This document shows positions 19,582 through 30,652 of a stretch of 64,000 nt of DNA, one piece after another. Each line of letters opens with the position of its first letter. Position 1 is the stretch's first letter. The DNA is from Candidatus Omnitrophota bacterium (GTDB taxonomy: Bacteria; Omnitrophota; Gorgyraeia; B26-G9), in assembly GCA_043805415.1 (NCBI GenBank), contig JAZDHZ010000045.1, forward strand, positions 26,490-90,489. The letters run 5' to 3'. The translations under genes and the position numbers were made by a program. The notes below the pieces were generated by a model. The model was not told the DNA's origin. It made no database searches and saw nothing but the letters and a program-made list of their open reading frames with translations.

Positions 19582-19989
19582 ATGGTTCAAGTAGAGCTTT
19601 TTAAAATTATCATGCATGAAAATAAGCATGACCAGATAATCATTCTCAAAGAAAAAGACGGACAAAGGCAAATGCCGATAATTATAGGCATTGCGGAAGC
19701 AGCAGCAATAAAAATGAAAGTAAGTAATTTGCGATGCCCGCGTCCATTAACTCACGATCTTTTAAGTAATTTAATTGAACAAATTGGCGCTAAGCTTGAA
19801 CAAGTTATTATAAACAAGCTTGAAGGAAATACTTTCTATGCTCGTTTAATGATAAGACGTAAACATGATAATATTTTATTGGATATTGATGCGCGCCCAA
19901 GCGACAGCATTGCCCTGGCATTACGTTTAAATGCTCCGGTATTTGTTGAAGAGGAAGTTTTTGAAAAACTCCAATTTTTAAATGGCTAA
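19582..19989 (+). CDS. Bifunctional nuclease (DUF151) family protein
   Basis: PIIIG.AEA, RPLTHDL and DARPSDSIALA. Confidence 0.93.
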   Translation: MVQVELFKIIMHENKHDQIIILKEKDGQRQMPIIIGIAEAAAIKMKVSNLRCPRPLTHDLLSNLIEQIGAKLEQVIINKLEGNTFYARLMIRRKHDNILLDIDARPSDSIALALRLNAPVFVEEEVFEKLQFLNG

Positions 19990-21475
19990 AACTATTAATC
20001 AATCTTTTAAGAAATTAAAAAAGTTCAGAAACAACAAGCTTTTGCAAGCAATACAAGAAATTTCTGAATTGCAAAAACAACAGGTTTATTTAGTTGGCGG
20101 GGCTTTGCGTGATTTGTTTTTTAAACAAAAAAAGCAAAAAAAAACAATTGATTGGGATTTTACGATTAAATCAGGAGCGCTTGATTTTGCAAAAAAACTA
20201 GCGCGCAGGCTAGACGCGAATTATGTTCTTTTAGATGAAAAACATAAGACAGCCAGAGTTATTTGTTATGAAAACAATCAGGAATTCAGGCTTGATTTTA
20301 CAGATTTTAGAGCAAAAACTCTTAGAGGCGATCTGAAAAAGCGTGATTTTACGATTAATAGTCTTTATGCTGATGTGAAGGACTTATTGAATGGTAAGGC
20401 TAAAATAATTGATTGTTTTAATGCAAAAGAAGACATAAAAGATAAGATATTAAGAATTACAAACAAGAATAATTTTAAAGACGATCCTTTGCGTATACTG
20501 CGAGGGTATGCTTTTAGTTGTCAATTGGGTTTTTCTTTTGATCAAGCAACATCAGCACTAGTTAAAAATAATGTATTTAGACTCGCGGATGTGTCTCCAG
20601 AGAGAATATCAGAGGAATTAGCTAAAATCTTCGGGGCAAAGTGTATTTATAAGCATATTCTTAAAATGGATAGCTTTGGTGTTTTAGATCTGATTTTCCC
20701 GGAAATCAAGGCTTTGAGAGGAGTTGAACAAGGTTTATTTCACCATCTTGATGTTTGGAATCATTCGCTTGAAAGTTTAGCTCAATTAGAAAAGCTATTG
20801 CGGGTTTTGCCTAAGAAAATACCAGCTAACTGTGTGGAGCAGGTTAATGCCTATTTGGAAGAAGAGCTGTGGGGCAATAGATCAAGGCTTTGGATTTTAA
20901 AGATGGCTTGCTTGATGCACGATATTGCTAAGCCTCAGACCAGGTCTGTCGGGGAGGATAAAAAAGTACATTTTTATACTCATGAAAAGCAAGGCGCGCA
21001 GATAGTTAGAAGAGTTGGAAAAAGATTAAAATTATCCAGAAAAGAAATTGCTGTTTTAAGCGATATAGTCTTGTATCATCTCAGGGCCGGACAGCTTGTA
21101 AACCGTATGCCGAGTAAAAGATCGAAATTTCGTTTTCTAAGGGACACAGCAGATAATGCAGTGCTTATTTTACTTTTTACAATTTCTGACCGATGGGCGA
21201 TGAGAGGAAGTTTTAGTAAGAGTAAAAAGTTTATTTTTTATGAACAAGAACTTTTTAAAATGATAGTCGGGTTTTTTAAAGATCAAAACACGGTAAATAA
21301 AAATCCGCGTTTGCTTAATGGTAATGAGGTTATGAGCCTTTTAGGGGTATCCAAAGGCCCATTGATTGGTAAGATTCTGGCTCAAATAGAAGAAGCACAG
21401 GCAATAAAATCAATCAGGAATAAACAACAAGCAGAGAATTTGGCTAGCCGGCTTTATGCTAAGATGAGGCAGTAG
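19982..21475 (+). CDS. CCA-adding enzyme/poly(A) polymerase family protein with HD domain
   Basis: LVGGALRD, DWD, RDFTIN, DDPLRILR and HDIAKP. Confidence 0.9.
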   Translation: MAKTINQSFKKLKKFRNNKLLQAIQEISELQKQQVYLVGGALRDLFFKQKKQKKTIDWDFTIKSGALDFAKKLARRLDANYVLLDEKHKTARVICYENNQEFRLDFTDFRAKTLRGDLKKRDFTINSLYADVKDLLNGKAKIIDCFNAKEDIKDKILRITNKNNFKDDPLRILRGYAFSCQLGFSFDQATSALVKNNVFRLADVSPERISEELAKIFGAKCIYKHILKMDSFGVLDLIFPEIKALRGVEQGLFHHLDVWNHSLESLAQLEKLLRVLPKKIPANCVEQVNAYLEEELWGNRSRLWILKMACLMHDIAKPQTRSVGEDKKVHFYTHEKQGAQIVRRVGKRLKLSRKEIAVLSDIVLYHLRAGQLVNRMPSKRSKFRFLRDTADNAVLILLFTISDRWAMRGSFSKSKKFIFYEQELFKMIVGFFKDQNTVNKNPRLLNGNEVMSLLGVSKGPLIGKILAQIEEAQAIKSIRNKQQAENLASRLYAKMRQ

Positions 21476-22452
21476 TGTGTATGGCAAATGGATATAAATC
21501 TAGATATCTTGACTTAGCAGATGTGCTTTTTCAGGATAAAATAAACCGATCAAAACAAATGCTTGCTCAGTGCTGTCTGTGTCCCAGACAATGCCAAGCT
21601 GATAGATTAGCCGGAGAAGTTGGCTATTGTAATGCCGGAAATCAGGCGGAAGTTTCGCATTGGCAGCGCCATTATTGTGAAGAGCCTCCGTTTTCTCAAA
21701 ATGGCGGGGCGGGAACTATATTTTTTGCTCATTGTAATCTGCGCTGTGTGTATTGTCAAAACCATCAGATATCTCAGCAGCAAGGCCATAAAAACAGGAT
21801 TAGCGTTAAAGAACTAACTGATATTATGCTTAAATTACAAGAGGAGCAAGCGGAAAATATTGATCTGGTTAGTCCGACGCATTTTATGCCGATGATAATA
21901 GAAGCTATTTATACAGCAAAACAGCAAGGATTAATAATCCCGATAATTTATAATACAAATGGTTATGAAGATGAAAAGATCCTTCACTTGCTTGAGGGGA
22001 TCGTGGATATTTATATGCCGGATTTAAAGTATGATAGTGAGGATGCTGGACTATGCTATTCCGGGGTTTCTGATTATGTTTACCATGCAAAAAAAGCAAT
22101 TGAGCTTATGTATAAGCAGGTAGGCGGTTTTAAGTTGAGTGAAAATGGCCAGGCAGTTGGCGGTCTTTTTATCAGGCATTTAGTCTTGCCTAATAATATC
22201 GCAGCAAGTAAACAAGTCCTTGATTTTTTACATTCGGAAATCGGGTCGGATATTGGTTTGAGTTTAATGAGCCAATATGCTCCGTGTTATCTGGCGGATC
22301 GGTTTAAACCGATAAACCGGTCTTTAAACAGGCAGGAATATGACCAAGTGGTTGAATATGCTCAACAGTTAGGTTTTGAAAAATGTTGGACGCAGGAGCT
22401 TAAAAGTAATGATGTATATTTTCCGGATTTTGAAAAACCGGATGTATTTTGA
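21475..22452 (+). CDS. PflX-like radical SAM protein
   Basis: CCLCPRQC, CNLRCVYCQN, YMPDLKY and RHLVLP. Confidence 0.88.
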   Translation: MCMANGYKSRYLDLADVLFQDKINRSKQMLAQCCLCPRQCQADRLAGEVGYCNAGNQAEVSHWQRHYCEEPPFSQNGGAGTIFFAHCNLRCVYCQNHQISQQQGHKNRISVKELTDIMLKLQEEQAENIDLVSPTHFMPMIIEAIYTAKQQGLIIPIIYNTNGYEDEKILHLLEGIVDIYMPDLKYDSEDAGLCYSGVSDYVYHAKKAIELMYKQVGGFKLSENGQAVGGLFIRHLVLPNNIAASKQVLDFLHSEIGSDIGLSLMSQYAPCYLADRFKPINRSLNRQEYDQVVEYAQQLGFEKCWTQELKSNDVYFPDFEKPDVF

Positions 22453-22497
22453 TTTAAATTTTTAATCAGGAATTGATTATTTTTATAAACGGAAGGA

Positions 22498-24081
22498 ATG
22501 AGTCTAGTGGTCAGGATTAAAAGAGCATTGATTAGTGTTTCCGATAAAACCGGATTGGATGATTTGGTAAAAACTCTCAATGAATTTGATGTTGAGATAA
22601 TTTCTACGGGTGGTACCGCAAAGCGGATCGCGCAATTAGGAATACCGGTAAGATCTGTGAGTGATGTTACTCAATTTCCGGAAATGCTTGATGGCCGGGT
22701 AAAAACATTGCACCCTAAAATCCATGGGGGGCTGCTTGCTTTGCGCGATAATCAAGAACATTTAAAGCAAGTAAAAGATTTTGATATAGAATTAATAGAT
22801 ATGGTGGTTGTTAATCTTTATCCGTTTGAAAATACAGTTTCAGATCCAAATGTAGTTTTTGAACAAGCCATCGAAAATATTGATATTGGCGGGCCGTCAA
22901 TGCTTAGATCCGCGGCAAAAAACGCGAGAAGTGTTGCCGTTATCTGTAACCCTAAGCGCTATAAGGACATTATCTCAGAATTAAAAGCAAATCATGGCGC
23001 TTTAAGTGCTCAAACCCGGACTAAGCTTGCTGCCGAGGTATTCAAGCGTACATATGAATATGACCGAGCAATTGCTTTTTATTTGCAAAATAAAATAGAG
23101 CAGCAAAACTTAAAAGAACAATTTCCTGAAATACTAGAATTGCGGTTTGAAAAAGTCCAAGATCTTCGCTATGGCGAAAATCCTCAGCAAAAAGCGGCTT
23201 TTTACAAAGAAAACAATTCAATTATGACAAGCATTGCTAATGCGCGCCAGCTTCACGGCAAAGAATTATCGTTTAATAATATAATCGATTTAAACGCGGC
23301 ACTTAATATTGTGAAAGATTTTCAAGACCCAACAGCGAGTATTGTTAAGCACACAAACCCTTGCGGCGCTGCAAGCGCGGATAACCTTTCTTTAGCTTAT
23401 AAAAATGCTTTAGAGTGTGATCCAATGTCTGCTTTTGGCAGCATTGTTGGTTTTAACCGGAAAGTCGAGGCTGCTACCGCGCGGGAAATACTTTCCGCTG
23501 ATTTTGTGGAATGTATTATTGGGCCAGGATTTTCAGTAGAGGCATTAGAAATGTTAAAAAAGAAAAAAAATCTCAGAATCATGGATGTAAATAATTTTGT
23601 TGGCCTTGATTTTGGTAGTTTGCCAGAGCTTGACTATAAAAGAGTGAGCGGAGGATTGCTTATTCAGCAGAATAATATTAAGATTATTGATCAAGATAAA
23701 TTAAAAGTTGTTACAACAAGAATCCCAACTCCCGAGCAAATGAAAGCATTGCTGTTTAGCTGGACAATTGTTAAACATGTTAAGTCGAATGCGATTGTTT
23801 TAGGCCAAGGCACTAAAACAGTTGGAGTTGGCGCAGGCCAAATGAGCAGGGTTGATAGCGTTATGATCGCGATTAGAAAAGCAGGTATTCGCTGCCCCGG
23901 GGCTGTTTTAGCTAGCGATGCTTTTTTCCCAAAAGCGGATTCAATTGAGCAGGCAGCAAAAGCCGGGATTAGAGCGATCATTCAGCCGGGTGGTTCTATT
24001 CGAGATCAGGAAGTTATTGATGCTGCTGAAAAAGCACAAATAGCAATGGTGTTCACAGGCATGAGACATTTTTGTCATTAA
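22498..24081 (+). CDS. purH: Bifunctional AICAR transformylase/IMP cyclohydrolase
   Basis: RALISVSDK, GRVKTLHP, LRYGENP, KSNA and ASDAFFP. Confidence 0.98.
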   Translation: MSLVVRIKRALISVSDKTGLDDLVKTLNEFDVEIISTGGTAKRIAQLGIPVRSVSDVTQFPEMLDGRVKTLHPKIHGGLLALRDNQEHLKQVKDFDIELIDMVVVNLYPFENTVSDPNVVFEQAIENIDIGGPSMLRSAAKNARSVAVICNPKRYKDIISELKANHGALSAQTRTKLAAEVFKRTYEYDRAIAFYLQNKIEQQNLKEQFPEILELRFEKVQDLRYGENPQQKAAFYKENNSIMTSIANARQLHGKELSFNNIIDLNAALNIVKDFQDPTASIVKHTNPCGAASADNLSLAYKNALECDPMSAFGSIVGFNRKVEAATAREILSADFVECIIGPGFSVEALEMLKKKKNLRIMDVNNFVGLDFGSLPELDYKRVSGGLLIQQNNIKIIDQDKLKVVTTRIPTPEQMKALLFSWTIVKHVKSNAIVLGQGTKTVGVGAGQMSRVDSVMIAIRKAGIRCPGAVLASDAFFPKADSIEQAAKAGIRAIIQPGGSIRDQEVIDAAEKAQIAMVFTGMRHFCH

Positions 24082-24099
24082 AAGAAAAGCAAGGAAATT

Positions 24100-25449
24100 A
24101 TGATTTACCAGGAAGCCGTGGAATATTTGAATTCATTTTTTGATTATGAAAAGGATTCTAATTACAGTTACAGCGATATGAAGCTTGACCGAGTTAAACA
24201 GCTGCTTGCTAAACTCGACAATCCTCAGGATAAATTTAAATCCATACATATTGCCGGAACAAAAGGCAAGGGATCAACTTGCGCGTTTATTTTTACTATT
24301 TTAAAAGAAGCTGGTTATAAGGCTGGATTATATACATCGCCGCATCTTATTGATTTTAAAGAAAGAATCAAAATTAGTTATCATGATTCTATGGAAGAAA
24401 CAAGAGAGCGGTTGATTGAGCAGAATGAAGTCAGCGCCCTTATTGAACAGATAAAGCCGCATGCTGATAATATCGCTGGATTGACTTTTTTTTAAATTTA
24501 TACAGTGCTTGCGTTCATGTTTTTTGCTGCTCAGAAAATCGAGTTTGCTGTTTTAGAAACTGGTTTGGGCGGAAGGCTTGATGCGACTAATGTGGTTAAA
24601 CCTTTAATTTGCGGATTTTCCGCGATTAGCTTAGAGCATACGCAGATACTTGGCAATTCAATTGAAAAAATTGCCCGAGAAAAAGCTGGAATAATAAAGA
24701 AAGATACATTGGTTGTTACTGTATCTCAATTGCCTCAAGCATGGGATGAAATTAATCTTGCCTGTAAAAACAATAATGCCAAGCTTTATCAGGTTGGAAA
24801 AGATTTTCTTTATGATGTAGTCGGAAATAATCTTGATGGAAGCATTTTTGATTTTAAAAGCAAAGATGTGGACTATCTTGGACTACATATTAGCCTTGCT
24901 GGCCAATTTCAAGTAGTTAATGCTGCTTTAGCTTTGGGCGTAATTCATCTTTTAAGATTGCATGAGATTGTTGTTTCTTCGATAGCAATCCGCAGAGGAC
25001 TTGAGGCTACTCATTGGCCTGGCAGGATGCATGTTGTGCATAAAAATCCGTTTCTTGTTTTGGATGGAGCGCAAAATCCGGCTTCGGCTCAGGTCTTGCG
25101 CGCGGCAGTTAATATGATTTTTATTCCTAAAAAATCAATTTTAGTATTTGGGGTTTGCAAGGATAAAGATGCTCGGGGGATGATGCAGTATTTAGGCCGG
25201 CAACAGAATATGATTATCTTAACTCAATCGCAAAATCCTAGAGCAATGGATGTCGATGAGCTAGAAAAGATTTTATTACCTTTTAAACGGATCATAAAGA
25301 AAACACGCTCAGTTCAGGAAGCAATGAAACTTGCTTTTGAAAATAGTGATAGCAAGGATGACCTTATTTTGGTTGCCGGGAGTTTATATATTGTGGGAGA
25401 AGCTTTTACGGCATTAAAAACAATAAAACTGCCAAAATATTTGGATTAA
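24100..25449 (+). pseudogene. folC: Folylpolyglutamate/dihydrofolate synthase interrupted by an in-frame TAA at 24493-24495
   Basis: HIAGTKGKGST and YTSPHL; LTFF*IYTVL where the family has T-x-F-E; then ETGLGGRLDATN, WPGR and GSLY. Both halves are in the same frame. Confidence 0.85.
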
Positions 25450-25462
25450 TAGCAAAATTAAA

Positions 25463-26887
25463 ATGATATCAACACATATTGACAGTAAAGATACAATTGC
25501 GGCGATTTCAACTCCTCTGGGGCAAGGGGGGATAGGGATTGTACGTTTAAGCGGAAATAAAGCGTTTAAAATTGGCGACAAGATTTTTAAGAGTAAGAAT
25601 GCGAAGAAAAAAGCGTCTCAATTGCCCAGTTTTAGCGTGCATTATGGATATATAATTGATAAGGCTGGTTTAAAATCTAAAAAGCAAACAGAAGAAATTA
25701 TTGATGAAGTTATTATTACTGTAATGCGCGCGCCGCTTACATATACAAAAGAAGATGTTTTAGAAATAAATTGCCACGGAGGCATTGTCGCGGTACGAAA
25801 AATTCTCGGGCTGTGCATTGCCAATGGCGCACGGCTTGCTCAGCCAGGGGAATTTACCCAAAGAGCTTTTCAAAACGGCAGAATTGATCTTATTCAAGCA
25901 GAGTCTGTATTAAATGTGATTAATGCCAAAACAGATTTAGCTTTAGAGCCGGCAATGTATCAATTGCAGGGAAAACTCTCAGGGCTTATAAAGAATTTAA
26001 TGGCAAAACTAGTTGAAATAGTTGCTCCGCTTGAGGCAAGTATTGATTTTCCTGATGATACAATTAAGCGGGTGACCAAGAAAAACATGTTAAAAAGTTT
26101 AAATGCCGTAGCTGTAGAGATTAGGAAATTGATCGATAGTGCTGATAAAGGAATAATGCTGGCTAATGGGTTAAATATAGCTCTTGCCGGAGCGGCTAAT
26201 GTGGGAAAGTCAAGCATAATGAACGCATTACTTGAGTATGAGCGAGTGATTGTAACCAATATTTCAGGCACAACGCGTGATGTAGTAGAAGAAGTTTTGA
26301 ATATACAGGGGGTGCCTGTAAAAATTTCTGATACTGCCGGCATTATGGATAGTTCATGTGTAATTACCCAAGAAAGCATGAATCGCAGCCTGGCTTGTTT
26401 GGAAAAATCGGATCTTGTTTTATTTGTTTTAGATGGCTCGCATAAGATTCAAAAAGCAGATTTAGCTGTTGCTAAAAAATTACAAGGCAGAAGAGCGATA
26501 ATCGTAGTGAATAAAAATGACTTAGCGCCAAAGATTGATCTGAGCTTAATTAGAAAAATAATGCCGAATGCTGTAATTGTTAAAATATCAGCACTTAAAA
26601 AACAAGGGTTAGGGGGGCTTGAAAACACTATTATAAAGATGTTTTTTAAAGGACAAATAGTGCGGTCAGATGAGTTTATAATAAGTAATCTTCGCCAAAA
26701 AGAAGCTTTAGAGCATTGTTATAAAAATATTAAAGCTGCTCTTGGGGTAGTTGACGCAAAAGGATATGAAGAATGTCTTGTGTTTGAAATAAGACAAGCC
26801 CTTGATTTTCTAGGGCAGGTAGTGGGAGATAATATAAGCGAAGATATATTAAACAATATTTTTTCGCGTTTCTGCGTGGGCAAATAA
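25463..26887 (+). CDS. mnmE: tRNA modification GTPase MnmE
   Basis: DTIAAISTP, GEFTQRAF, NVGKSS, GTTRD, DTAG and FSRFCVGK. Confidence 0.97.
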   Translation: MISTHIDSKDTIAAISTPLGQGGIGIVRLSGNKAFKIGDKIFKSKNAKKKASQLPSFSVHYGYIIDKAGLKSKKQTEEIIDEVIITVMRAPLTYTKEDVLEINCHGGIVAVRKILGLCIANGARLAQPGEFTQRAFQNGRIDLIQAESVLNVINAKTDLALEPAMYQLQGKLSGLIKNLMAKLVEIVAPLEASIDFPDDTIKRVTKKNMLKSLNAVAVEIRKLIDSADKGIMLANGLNIALAGAANVGKSSIMNALLEYERVIVTNISGTTRDVVEEVLNIQGVPVKISDTAGIMDSSCVITQESMNRSLACLEKSDLVLFVLDGSHKIQKADLAVAKKLQGRRAIIVVNKNDLAPKIDLSLIRKIMPNAVIVKISALKKQGLGGLENTIIKMFFKGQIVRSDEFIISNLRQKEALEHCYKNIKAALGVVDAKGYEECLVFEIRQALDFLGQVVGDNISEDILNNIFSRFCVGK

Positions 26888-26926
26888 TAGTCCAAGGGCC
26901 AATATATTTTTAAGGAGGATTTTGCT

Positions 26927-27448
26927 GTGAACAATATCGCATTGGTTGGCTTTATGGGAACAGGGAAAACAACCATAGCGCGCATGCTAGCGGAAAAATT
27001 CCATGCGGAGTATGTTGATATTGATGAACTGATTGAAATAAGGCAGAAGATGAGCATTGTTGATATTTTCGCTAAACATGGAGAACAATTTTTTCGTAAG
27101 CTGGAAAAAGAAGTTGTTACTGAGATTGCCGGTAGCCAGAATAAAATTATTGCCTGCGGAGGCGGTGTTGTTTTGGACGCGGATAATATTGCTAATTTAA
27201 AGAAAAATGGTATATTGATTTGTTTGCAGGCAAAGCCGGAGGTGATTATTGAACGCACCAAGGATTATTTGCATCGGCCACTGTTGAATGTTCCAAATCC
27301 TAAGGAGAAAATCAGAGAGCTTCTAAATATAAGAGAAATTTATTATGCCAAAGCTGACTACACTGTGGACACTTCAAGTCTTAATAAAACGCAAGTAGTT
27401 GATAAAATAGTATCCTGGTTAAAAATAAAAAATCTAATAGTGAGTTAG
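26927..27448 (+). CDS. aroK: Shikimate kinase
   Basis: GFMGTGKT, GE..FR..E, GGG and RPLL. Confidence 0.95.
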   Translation: MNNIALVGFMGTGKTTIARMLAEKFHAEYVDIDELIEIRQKMSIVDIFAKHGEQFFRKLEKEVVTEIAGSQNKIIACGGGVVLDADNIANLKKNGILICLQAKPEVIIERTKDYLHRPLLNVPNPKEKIRELLNIREIYYAKADYTVDTSSLNKTQVVDKIVSWLKIKNLIVS

Positions 27449-27449
27449 T

Positions 27450-28331
27450 ATGCAGGAAAGAGAGTATTATATAGCTTTAAATATGGTTTCTGGCTTAGGA
27501 AGTATTTTGATTTCTAGGTTGATGCATAAATTTTATACAGCGCAAAATATTTTTCAAGCAGATATACATGAACTAGTCCAATTATCAGGCATAAGTATAG
27601 ACATAGCTAAAAGGATAAAACAAATATTATCCACAGAAGAGTTCGCGAAAGAATTAGAACAGATCGCGTTAAACAATATTGAAATAATAACAATTCAAGA
27701 TCAACGGTATCCGGCTCTTTTAAAAGAGATTTATGATCCGCCGATTGTGCTTTATCTAAAAGGGGATGTGTCGGTTTTTAAAAATAAAATGCTTGCGGTA
27801 ATTGGTTGCCGCAGGGCAAGTGCATATGGCTTGAAACAATCAGACCAGATAGCTCAAGCGCTTGCAAAACTTAGTATTTGCATTGTTTCCGGAATGGCCC
27901 GGGGTATTGATACGGCAGCGCATAAAGGAGCATTGTTAGTACACGGAAAAACCATTGCCGTACTGGGCAGTGGTTTTAACAATATTTATCCGCTTGAAAA
28001 TAAGGCCTTGTTCAATGAGATTGCTAACAATGGCGCGGTTGTTTCAGAATTTGCTTTAAATACTTTGCCTTTGCGGGGAAATTTCCCAAGACGGAATAGA
28101 ATTATTAGCGGGCTGTGCCGGGCAATTGTAGTAGTTGAGGCGGCTCAGAGAAGCGGTTCTTTGATCACAGCTGATTTGGCTTTAAACCAGGGCAGGGAGG
28201 TATTTGCCGTCCCTGGATCAGCGAACTCTTTTAATGCCCAAGGGACAAATAAACTAATTAAAGAAGGCGCGAAACTGGTCGAGAACGCGCAAGACATTAT
28301 TGACGGCCTCTATGTTTTATGGGATTTTTAG
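27450..28331 (+). CDS. dprA: DNA-processing protein DprA
   Basis: VSGMARGIDTAAH, FPRRNRIISG and SGSLITA; no C-terminal winged helix. Confidence 0.95.
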   Translation: MQEREYYIALNMVSGLGSILISRLMHKFYTAQNIFQADIHELVQLSGISIDIAKRIKQILSTEEFAKELEQIALNNIEIITIQDQRYPALLKEIYDPPIVLYLKGDVSVFKNKMLAVIGCRRASAYGLKQSDQIAQALAKLSICIVSGMARGIDTAAHKGALLVHGKTIAVLGSGFNNIYPLENKALFNEIANNGAVVSEFALNTLPLRGNFPRRNRIISGLCRAIVVVEAAQRSGSLITADLALNQGREVFAVPGSANSFNAQGTNKLIKEGAKLVENAQDIIDGLYVLWDF

Positions 28332-28412
28332 TCAGGGCAATATAAAAGGATGTTTTCCTATTGGAAAAATATCTTAAAATTATTTAACTTTACTTAAAAG
28401 GAGGGTAAGAAG

Positions 28413-28673
28413 ATGGAATTAAAGAATTATATGGAAATAGTCGTGGAAGACGCTGTAGATAAGGAACTTGCTGGGATTAATGAAGATTGGGCAAAAAGCC
28501 ATAAATGCAAGCTAGATATTATGGCGCTGGTGCTAAACCGCCTGCCGGCAAGGTATCTAGTAACAGATAAAGGCAGGATTATGACTAAAATAACGGAAAC
28601 AGAAGTACAGTTTCAGGCCGACATTTTAAGAGAAGTGATAAAAGCGATAAAACTGGTTAAAAAAAATCCTTAA
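28413..28673 (+). CDS. ComFB family protein
   Basis: KNYME..V, C..DIMAL.LNRLP.RY and V.KNP. Confidence 0.85.
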   Translation: MELKNYMEIVVEDAVDKELAGINEDWAKSHKCKLDIMALVLNRLPARYLVTDKGRIMTKITETEVQFQADILREVIKAIKLVKKNP

Positions 28674-28727
28674 AAGTAAATAAAAGCAGAAGCGTATTAT
28701 AATTTTAAGCTAAAAGGTAATATTTTT

Positions 28728-29591
28728 ATGTCAAATATAGAATCAAAAGATTTTATACATTATGATGATTTGCCAAAAGAAGAACTGCGGGCATTTAATA
28801 AAATAATTAACAATATTTATCGCCTGCACGGCGTTGATTTTCGGCAATATCGTTCTAAGTGTTTGCGGAGAAGAATTGTTGTCGGCATGCATGATGCTAG
28901 AGTTAATTCCTTTGTTGATTATTTGAATTTTTTAATAAAACATCCCGATGAATATGACAGTCTTTTAGATAGGATTACGATAAATGTATCAGAGTTTTTT
29001 AGAAATCCTGAAACATTCAGTGCTGTGCGTAGAAATGTTATTCCGTCAATTATTCAGGCAAAGAAAGAAATAAACGCGTCTTCTATTCGGGTGTGGAGCT
29101 CTGGATGCGCGACCGGAGAAGAGCCTTACTCTTTGGCAATCCTGTTAAGCGAAGTATTGGCAGAACTTAAAGAGAACCTTAAAATAAGGATATATGCGAC
29201 CGATATTGATAAAGCAGCGCTTAAGCGGGCAGAAGAGGGTATATATAAAGAAAAAGCATTGAAAGAATTAAAAAACTATCAGGTGAACTCTTATTTTCAG
29301 AAAAACGAACAAGGTTTATACGCGATAAAACCTGAGTTTAAAACAATGATCAAGTTTATGTATCACAATATGATTAGTGATCAACCGCTGCAGAGGATGG
29401 ATCTTATTTTTTGTCGAAATGTAATAATATATTTTAGTAAAGAGTTGCAGAAATTAGTTTATGATAATTTTTATAAAGCACTAGCTCCCAAGGGATATCT
29501 TGTCGCTGGAAAGACTGAAAGCTTAATGGATATAAATGAATCATATTTTGAAAGAATTAACCTCCAAGAGCGAGTTTTAAGAAAAAAATAA
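28728..29591 (+). CDS. cheR: CheR-type protein-glutamate methyltransferase
   Basis: ITINVSEFFRN, WSSGCATGEEPYS and DLIFCRNVIIYF. Confidence 0.95.
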   Translation: MSNIESKDFIHYDDLPKEELRAFNKIINNIYRLHGVDFRQYRSKCLRRRIVVGMHDARVNSFVDYLNFLIKHPDEYDSLLDRITINVSEFFRNPETFSAVRRNVIPSIIQAKKEINASSIRVWSSGCATGEEPYSLAILLSEVLAELKENLKIRIYATDIDKAALKRAEEGIYKEKALKELKNYQVNSYFQKNEQGLYAIKPEFKTMIKFMYHNMISDQPLQRMDLIFCRNVIIYFSKELQKLVYDNFYKALAPKGYLVAGKTESLMDINESYFERINLQERVLRKK

Positions 29592-29614
29592 ACAGTGAGG
29601 TTAAACAAATAACA

Positions 29615-30652
29615 ATGAAGTTTATAAAACAATTAGGTTCTTTGCGGCTTACGTTTATCCTGCTTTTAATCTTAGCTGTTGTATCTATTTTAGGCACAGT
29701 TATAGCTCAAGGAGAAAATGCGCAGTTTTATCTAAAAAACTATGGAGATTTTTTTGGCACAACACTGTTGTTTATTAATGCCAATGATTTATACAATGGG
29801 TGGTTTTATCAGAGCATGTTGTTTGTTCTGGGGATGAACCTTTTAATTTGCACTATTAATAGCTGTAACCATAACTTATTCAAAAATAAGAAAAAACTAG
29901 CTTTATTTTTAATCCACTGCAGCATAATGCTGATTTTTACCGGTTCGGTAGTGAGTAAGGTGAAAAAGTATTCAGAATATGTGACTCTTTTGCCTGGCCA
30001 AACAATAGAGCTTAAACAAGAAAATGCTAAAATAATTTTTAATCAATTTGGGATAGATTATTACAAAGATACAAAACAGCCAAAAGAATATCGCAGTAAT
30101 ATCACGCTGCAGGAAAATAATGGTATTAGCCAAGAACATACCATCATGGTTAATCATCCTTTTCAGTACAAAGGATATGGTTTTTATCAATCAAGCTTTG
30201 AGGTTTTTGCGGATTTAGATCTGGTTATTAGCCATATGGGGCATGTGGTGTGGCAGGGAAACTGGAAGCAGGGAGATTCTTTGCTTTTGCCGGGAGACGA
30301 TAACTTGAGGCTTGAGATCACACACTTTCTTCCTGATGCTGATATTGATCAGGATGGAAAGATAACTCTGCGCGCATATGAATTAGGCAATAGCGCGCTA
30401 TTAATCACCATGTATCGGGATGATGAAGTAGTGGGCAGAGAGTGGATTTTTATTGATGAAAAAACCAACGATATGATTGCTCAGAAAATTCAGGTTTTTG
30501 ATTTCAAAATCAAGCGGTTAGACGTGTTTTATGCTACAATAATTCAAGTTATTAAAGACCCTGGGCTTACGTTTGTTTGGGCCGGGTTTTTGATGTTTTT
30601 TGTGGGCATGATATTATTTCTGTTTCAGAAAGATAATATAAGGAGTGTGTAA
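29615..30652 (+). CDS. ResB/Ccs1-like cytochrome c biogenesis protein
   Basis: SILGT, LY..WF, conserved His (LIHCS), VNHPF.YKG..FYQSS and DPG..FVWAG. Confidence 0.8.
   Translation: MKFIKQLGSLRLTFILLLILAVVSILGTVIAQGENAQFYLKNYGDFFGTTLLFINANDLYNGWFYQSMLFVLGMNLLICTINSCNHNLFKNKKKLALFLIHCSIMLIFTGSVVSKVKKYSEYVTLLPGQTIELKQENAKIIFNQFGIDYYKDTKQPKEYRSNITLQENNGISQEHTIMVNHPFQYKGYGFYQSSFEVFADLDLVISHMGHVVWQGNWKQGDSLLLPGDDNLRLEITHFLPDADIDQDGKITLRAYELGNSALLITMYRDDEVVGREWIFIDEKTNDMIAQKIQVFDFKIKRLDVFYATIIQVIKDPGLTFVWAGFLMFFVGMILFLFQKDNIRSV

Noticed and set aside
24493-24495. Stop-codon reassignment or readthrough as an explanation for the folC TAA
   Set aside because: TAA, TAG and TGA all end many intact genes in this window, so code 11 holds.
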